A stretch of DNA of 41,725 bases from a virus (taxonomy: Duplodnaviria; Caudoviricetes). Location: the IMG/VR virus record IMGVR_UViG_3300006105_000040, positions 1 to 41,725 of that record; one strand, written 5' to 3'. The notes under the pieces were generated by a model, which saw only the letters and a program-made list of their open reading frames with translations, was not told the origin of the DNA and made no database searches. This document shows positions 37,455 through 41,725 of the stretch, piece by piece; the stretch's first letter is position 1; every line of letters starts with the position of its first letter. Both the position numbers and the translations under genes were made by a program.

Positions 37455-37716
37455 ATGTTATATCATTTATTTTTTCGTCTCTACTTTCCTCTATGTTTCT
37501 ACTATATCCACATTTACCACATTGTTCTACCTTAGTTGAATAGAAATTAAGAGAGTGGAATTCATGTACACACTTGACATGTTTAAACATATCTTTATGA
37601 TAATCAAATATTGATTTTTTTTCTTTTATAGAAAGTGTTGACCACCACGCATCAGTTTCTAATAACTTTTGTTTATTACTTTCTATAGACTCTTGTTCTG
37701 TTAAAACTCTCATCAT
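37447..37716 (-). CDS. Hypothetical protein with a zinc-ribbon-like motif
   Basis: CVHEF...CGKCG; operon context. Confidence 0.6.
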   Translation of the reverse strand: MMRVLTEQESIESNKQKLLETDAWWSTLSIKEKKSIFDYHKDMFKHVKCVHEFHSLNFYSTKVEQCGKCGYSRNIEESRDEKINDITYE

Positions 37717-37721
37717 ATCAT

Positions 37722-38501
37722 CTAAGGTTTAAATTTATTTAGTATCCAGATATTTCTACTACCAAATTTTTGTTTGTAGCAAAAATCTTTCTTATTATAG
37801 AATTTAATCCATTTTTCTATTTCATTATAACCAAGAGGATTGATCCAGTCGCGCAATTCACCTCCACCCAAAAGATATGACTCATTACAGCATTTTACTA
37901 TCATGTTGAATAAATTATCTAATTCTAAATTAGATAATTTTTTTAAATTTGTAAATGGGTTTATATCCAGTCTTCCTAAAATTTCAGATGTTAAATAAGC
38001 TCCGATGCCATTAAAGTATTTCTGATTAAGTAGAACCTCACCAAGTGGCTTATCAAAATCCTTTTTATCTAAGTTATTCAATATATTATTCTTGAAATTT
38101 TCAAATTGTTTAAGTGGATCTGGTCCTCTTTTAGCACCACCAAATGGTTCTCCTATTTTATATTTAGGCCCCATATAACCACCGTATAGTAGTAAAGACT
38201 TACCATCTTTACTATCAAATCTTAATCTACAATACTTAGTATCATTCCAATTTTCGGTATCTACCCATTTCCAATTTCCATTCATACCCATGAATACATA
38301 AACTGGTACAGATTTATCTTTAAATTGTAGATTAACTAATAGTTCTTTACCATTAGTATCAGAAGAAATAGTAAAATCAGAAGTTAGGTATTCTTTAGGA
38401 TTATTTCCCTTTTCAACGTGAAGGATTTTTTTAAACTTCTTATCAGAGCAATTCTGATTAATAAAGTTCGACATTATTTTACATTCTGGTAACTCCGGCA
38501 T
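37722..38501 (-). CDS. Fpg/Nei-family DNA glycosylase (NEIL1-like, no zinc finger)
   Basis: MPELPE N-terminus, GKEL, GMNG, H2TH motif LLNQKYFNGIGAYL.SEIL. Confidence 0.85.
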   Translation of the reverse strand: MPELPECKIMSNFINQNCSDKKFKKILHVEKGNNPKEYLTSDFTISSDTNGKELLVNLQFKDKSVPVYVFMGMNGNWKWVDTENWNDTKYCRLRFDSKDGKSLLLYGGYMGPKYKIGEPFGGAKRGPDPLKQFENFKNNILNNLDKKDFDKPLGEVLLNQKYFNGIGAYLTSEILGRLDINPFTNLKKLSNLELDNLFNMIVKCCNESYLLGGGELRDWINPLGYNEIEKWIKFYNKKDFCYKQKFGSRNIWILNKFKP

Positions 38502-38503
38502 AA

Positions 38504-38543
38504 AAAAAGATTTTATACAATTGTATTTGTATAAAATCTTTTT
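38504..38543. promoter_or_regulatory. Perfect 17-bp inverted repeat (terminator/operator/translation-control hairpin)
   Basis: aaaaagattttatacaa-ttgtat-ttgtataaaatcttttt. Confidence 0.6.
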
Positions 38544-38556
38544 GTTTTAATTATCT

Positions 38557-39615
38557 TTATTTTTCATTCAACAGGAACTTATTAGAAATAACTTTGAATG
38601 AAACTTTTCTATCCAAACTACGAATCACTACACCTTCTCTATCAAAGCTTGGGTTAAGTTGTGATTTTGCATCAGAATATTTCAACAAATCATCAATATT
38701 TTCCGGTAGTTTAAAATTAGTATCAATTTTAGGTACCGTATCAAGTTCCAATCCATGAATGGTATTAACAAAATCAGTTAATCCAACATATTCTTGTGTA
38801 TCAATATTAAATACATTGAAGAAGAATATAGTTTGACCTTTGATTTTATAAGAATTACCTTGTATTCCTTCACCAACTAATTCTCCTTGGAAACTTACAT
38901 TGTAACCTAAAGATTTCATTTTATTTTCTAAGTCAAGTTTTCTTGCAACTTTCCATAAAGTATTTTCTTCGGTTTCAATTAATTCCAAGTTACGGGTACA
39001 AACTCCAAATACTTCATCTTTGAAATAAAATGTAGCAGAGGTTCCATCTAACTTTTCGGTTACATAGAAAGTTTCTTCTTTGAATGTTTCATATACATCA
39101 GCTAAGTTTTGAATTCTTTCTTCATCAGTCTTAGGTATGAAAGAAGGAAAAAAACCTTTAACTTTACCGCTCAATTCAGCTGGAATAGGAGGTTCATACT
39201 TAATGATTCCTAATGCCTTACTTACATCTAAACCGATTGCTTTTTCAGATACACAAAGTTCTTCACCTAAGAAAAGATCAATATTAGCATTGAGTTCATT
39301 TCTAAGTGGTTTTAAAATGTAAATAGGCATAATCAGACCTTGTGATACTTGACCACGAAGTTTAATTGTTCTTAATGCGAATCCTTCTTGATCACGCATT
39401 TTTCTATAAGAGGTTTTACGAAGGAATTCAAATTCTTCTTTAATAGGCAAGAAGGAATCAATTTCACAATATATGATGAAGTCACCTACTTTGTGACCAA
39501 CATTTTTTGCAACAACAACTTTCCAACCATCTACAATAGCTAATTCAATAGCATCAGCACCTTCGATAGGTTTTATTTCATTAATTCTTCTAATAGTTGC
39601 TAATTTTCTTTCCAT
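38557..39615 (-). CDS. RNA ligase (DRB0094-like family)
   Basis: N-terminal RKLATI...PIEGADAIE, GQVSQG, KTDEERIQN, motif I TEKLDGTS, QGEL, EGVV, FKVISN. Confidence 0.88.
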   Translation of the reverse strand: MERKLATIRRINEIKPIEGADAIELAIVDGWKVVVAKNVGHKVGDFIIYCEIDSFLPIKEEFEFLRKTSYRKMRDQEGFALRTIKLRGQVSQGLIMPIYILKPLRNELNANIDLFLGEELCVSEKAIGLDVSKALGIIKYEPPIPAELSGKVKGFFPSFIPKTDEERIQNLADVYETFKEETFYVTEKLDGTSATFYFKDEVFGVCTRNLELIETEENTLWKVARKLDLENKMKSLGYNVSFQGELVGEGIQGNSYKIKGQTIFFFNVFNIDTQEYVGLTDFVNTIHGLELDTVPKIDTNFKLPENIDDLLKYSDAKSQLNPSFDREGVVIRSLDRKVSFKVISNKFLLNEK

Positions 39616-39630
39616 AATAATTAAATTTAT

Positions 39631-40146
39631 TTATTCATAGATTTCATATTCGTCCAAATTTTTTCTTGGTTCACCACTCAGCAATTCAAATCTCTTACAA
39701 CAATCTAAGATATATTTAGAATGTTCTATATTCCTTTCATTGGCATATCCCAATGTTAAATGCATTCCAAAGTAAGGATCTCTACTTAATCCTAAAGCTT
39801 GACGTATATCTTCTGCTTCAGGAGACCAGATTCTTAACCACCAGTGTTGACCACTACTCCTTGGTAGATTCTCATAATAAAAAGTAATCTCTCTACCATT
39901 GAAAATTTTAGAACCTTCCATAAAGAGTTCCTTGTTCATTCTATCGTTGATGAAAGAAACGTGGGTTCCTCTTAAAGGCTTATTCAATACTAAGTTGAAC
40001 CTTGTTTTTAAGAACCAAGCATAGTAATCTGCTATATCACAATCAGTTTTGATGATTGCGGTACATTTCCACTCAGATTGACTTTTATGTTTTCTGGTCA
40101 CATCTTGTGGAGTAAAGTCTAATATGCCTTTTATCTTAAATAACAT
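39631..40146 (-). CDS. 2H phosphoesterase-family protein
   Basis: Two Hx(S/T) motifs: GTHVSF and MHLTLG. Confidence 0.7.
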   Translation of the reverse strand: MLFKIKGILDFTPQDVTRKHKSQSEWKCTAIIKTDCDIADYYAWFLKTRFNLVLNKPLRGTHVSFINDRMNKELFMEGSKIFNGREITFYYENLPRSSGQHWWLRIWSPEAEDIRQALGLSRDPYFGMHLTLGYANERNIEHSKYILDCCKRFELLSGEPRKNLDEYEIYE

Positions 40147-40150
40147 ATTA

Positions 40151-40158
40151 CAAAGATA
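40151..40158 (-). promoter_or_regulatory. Bacteroidota-type -7 promoter element
   Basis: TATCTTTG on the minus strand directly upstream of the 2H/ligase operon. Confidence 0.55.
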
Positions 40159-40211
40159 CGAAAATTTACTTAAAAAATCAGGGAAAATTCAGTTTTTTAC
40201 TATATAGTAAT

Positions 40212-40382
40212 ATGAATAAGTTATCACTAAAGTCACAAAAATTATTGAGAGAAAAATTTTTTTTAGATTATTGCAAGAAAAAAGGCTGGAATCCTAAAGA
40301 ATTGTCTCCCAGCCAGTTAATTGAACTCGTAAATCAAAAAGAATATAAAAACCCAGACCCTTATAAGCTATATTTTAAGTGA
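40212..40382 (+). CDS. Small hypothetical protein (56 aa, absent from the ORF track)
   Basis: MNKLSLKSQKLLREKFFLDYCKKKGWNPKELSPSQLIELVNQKEYKNPDPYKLYFK; preceded by TACTATATA; fills an intergenic gap. Confidence 0.55.
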   Translation: MNKLSLKSQKLLREKFFLDYCKKKGWNPKELSPSQLIELVNQKEYKNPDPYKLYFK

Positions 40383-41482
40383 GCTACTGGAATAATTGTA
40401 ATATTATCAATAAACTCAACCAAATCACTTCTACTACCAACATACTCTTTTTGGTGACTCTCACCGTCTATGACCCACAAAGAAGTACCATCCCAATCAA
40501 TTTCCTCGATATTTCTACCTTGTTTTTTAAACATATCAGCGATTAGTAACTTCTCATGGTTAATCCATGTTTGAGAAATATAACCAATCTTTCGTTCTCC
40601 ACTTTCTGTCTTAACGAATGTATAGTGTTCTCTACAATATTCAGAATCTAATACAGGACTTCTATCAACTGGTGATTCATCCCAACCTTCCCAGCCGCCC
40701 CCAAAAAGATAATCTTCACTTCCGTAATATGTATATGATTGAGGTTCTCTAACAACAGGTAGTGACTCCCAATCAACTTTAGCAACAGATTTACAAAGTC
40801 TATATAAATGGTCAATATCTTGTTTTTCTTTAACTGTGTGTTCGTCATAATAACCAACAGATATATTAGTACATTCAGGAATAATACCCATGAATTGTGC
40901 TGAATCAGTTAAAACTCCAGTATCATCCATTCTCATAAATAAACCTTCGTTTGCTCCGTTTAATTCTTGACATAAAGCAGTTGCAAAATCATTAGAACAA
41001 CATACGCCATAAAATTGGTCTGTAATAACCGAACTTGTACCACGTCTATCAAAAGAAACGACCTTTTTAATATTGTCTAATTCTTGTGGATAATCTTTTT
41101 TATTTTCAAAAGCATTAGCCAGCTCAGATGATCCAACACATCCTACTTCTTCACCAATGAAAAAGTAATAAAGACCTGGTATTTTCTTTTCAATCATGTA
41201 AAGAACCACAATCATACCAGCTTTATCATCAGCCCCTAAAATTGTTTTACAATCAGTCATTACATAATTTCCAAAGAATTCATGTTTAACCATTTCCATA
41301 TTCTTACAAGATGTATCTAAGTGGCAAGTGAACATGGTAGAATAATTATCACCTATAGATAGGTAATAATTTCCATATTTGTCGATTTGAAATCCAGAGG
41401 GCAGGAATGTTTCTAAAAAATTCTCAGTTCCGTAAGGATATGTTAATTTTGTTAATTGTAAAAATTTCTTTCTAATCTTCAT
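40361..41482 (-). CDS. M28/M20-family zinc peptidase
   Basis: CHLDT, LGADDKAG, GEEVG, SFDR, HT metal-ligand motifs. Confidence 0.8.
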   Translation of the reverse strand: MKIRKKFLQLTKLTYPYGTENFLETFLPSGFQIDKYGNYYLSIGDNYSTMFTCHLDTSCKNMEMVKHEFFGNYVMTDCKTILGADDKAGMIVVLYMIEKKIPGLYYFFIGEEVGCVGSSELANAFENKKDYPQELDNIKKVVSFDRRGTSSVITDQFYGVCCSNDFATALCQELNGANEGLFMRMDDTGVLTDSAQFMGIIPECTNISVGYYDEHTVKEKQDIDHLYRLCKSVAKVDWESLPVVREPQSYTYYGSEDYLFGGGWEGWDESPVDRSPVLDSEYCREHYTFVKTESGERKIGYISQTWINHEKLLIADMFKKQGRNIEEIDWDGTSLWVIDGESHQKEYVGSRSDLVEFIDNITIIPVAHLKYSL

Positions 41483-41500
41483 TTATACTATACATTTCTA

Positions 41501-41532
41501 CAAATATACAAACAAACCAACAATTTGCCAAA
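41501..41532 (-). promoter_or_regulatory. Complete Bacteroidota primary-sigma promoter
   Basis: Minus strand TTTG-N20-TATATTTG matches the TTTG-N19-21-TAnnTTTG consensus. Confidence 0.7.
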
Positions 41533-41554
41533 TTTATATTGAAAACCAAAGAAA

Positions 41555-41578
41555 ACACAGAAGTCTTTAGCTTCTGTG
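41555..41578. terminator. Possible terminator hairpin
   Basis: cacagaag / cttctgtg inverted repeat next to an A-tract. Confidence 0.4.
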
Positions 41579-41725
41579 AATTTGACAATTATTCACTAAA
41601 TTCAATTAAAGGAAAGAGTCTATATTAAATATATAATATGTTAGGAAATTAAAAAATTCTAGCATCGGCAGGGACTGTCGATTACAGGCGTGGAGCAAAA
41701 ATAAGACCTGATTAGCTAACTAATT

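Noticed and set aside
1994-40857. Short antisense or alternate-frame ORFs in the track (e.g. 1994, 2684, 3509, 5431, 5997, 7914, 8571, 9459, 13937, 13997, 15722, 18102, 18393, 21147, 27255, 31992, 32505, 33538, 34848, 35196, 37329, 39137, 40648)
   Set aside because: They overlap well-supported genes and show mirror-composition or repeat-derived sequence with no recognisable motifs.

Overview
A very AT-rich 41.7 kb segment of a large T4-like (myovirus/jumbo-type) phage genome. The host is most likely a Bacteroidota bacterium: TAnnTTTG promoter elements precede non-structural genes, Shine-Dalgarno sites are not evident, and the ClpS looks Bacteroidota-like. The window holds a rearranged morphogenesis module: tail sheath (partial), terminase small and large subunits, late sigma factor, gp15, gp25, gp4, gp2, portal, a prohead protease fused to a repetitive scaffold, and the major capsid protein. 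It also encodes a clamp loader, ThyA, a NEIL1-like glycosylase, RNA-repair enzymes and an M28 peptidase. About 19% of the window is free-standing homing-endonuclease-type genes. The main highlight is a terminase gene fractured inside its Walker A motif by an atypically split intein whose halves carry mutually similar helical extensions, with a Vsr-like endonuclease gene between them. Other highlights are a family of late genes sharing a T4 CTS-like N-terminal peptide, a protease-scaffold with a 14-aa tandem array of likely self-cleavage sites beside a catalytically degenerate protease paralog, endonucleases fused to a Mom/GNAT-like domain, a degenerate tRNA-Gly, and a recurring TAATATATA late promoter. 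All family assignments come from motif recognition by eye, not from database searches.
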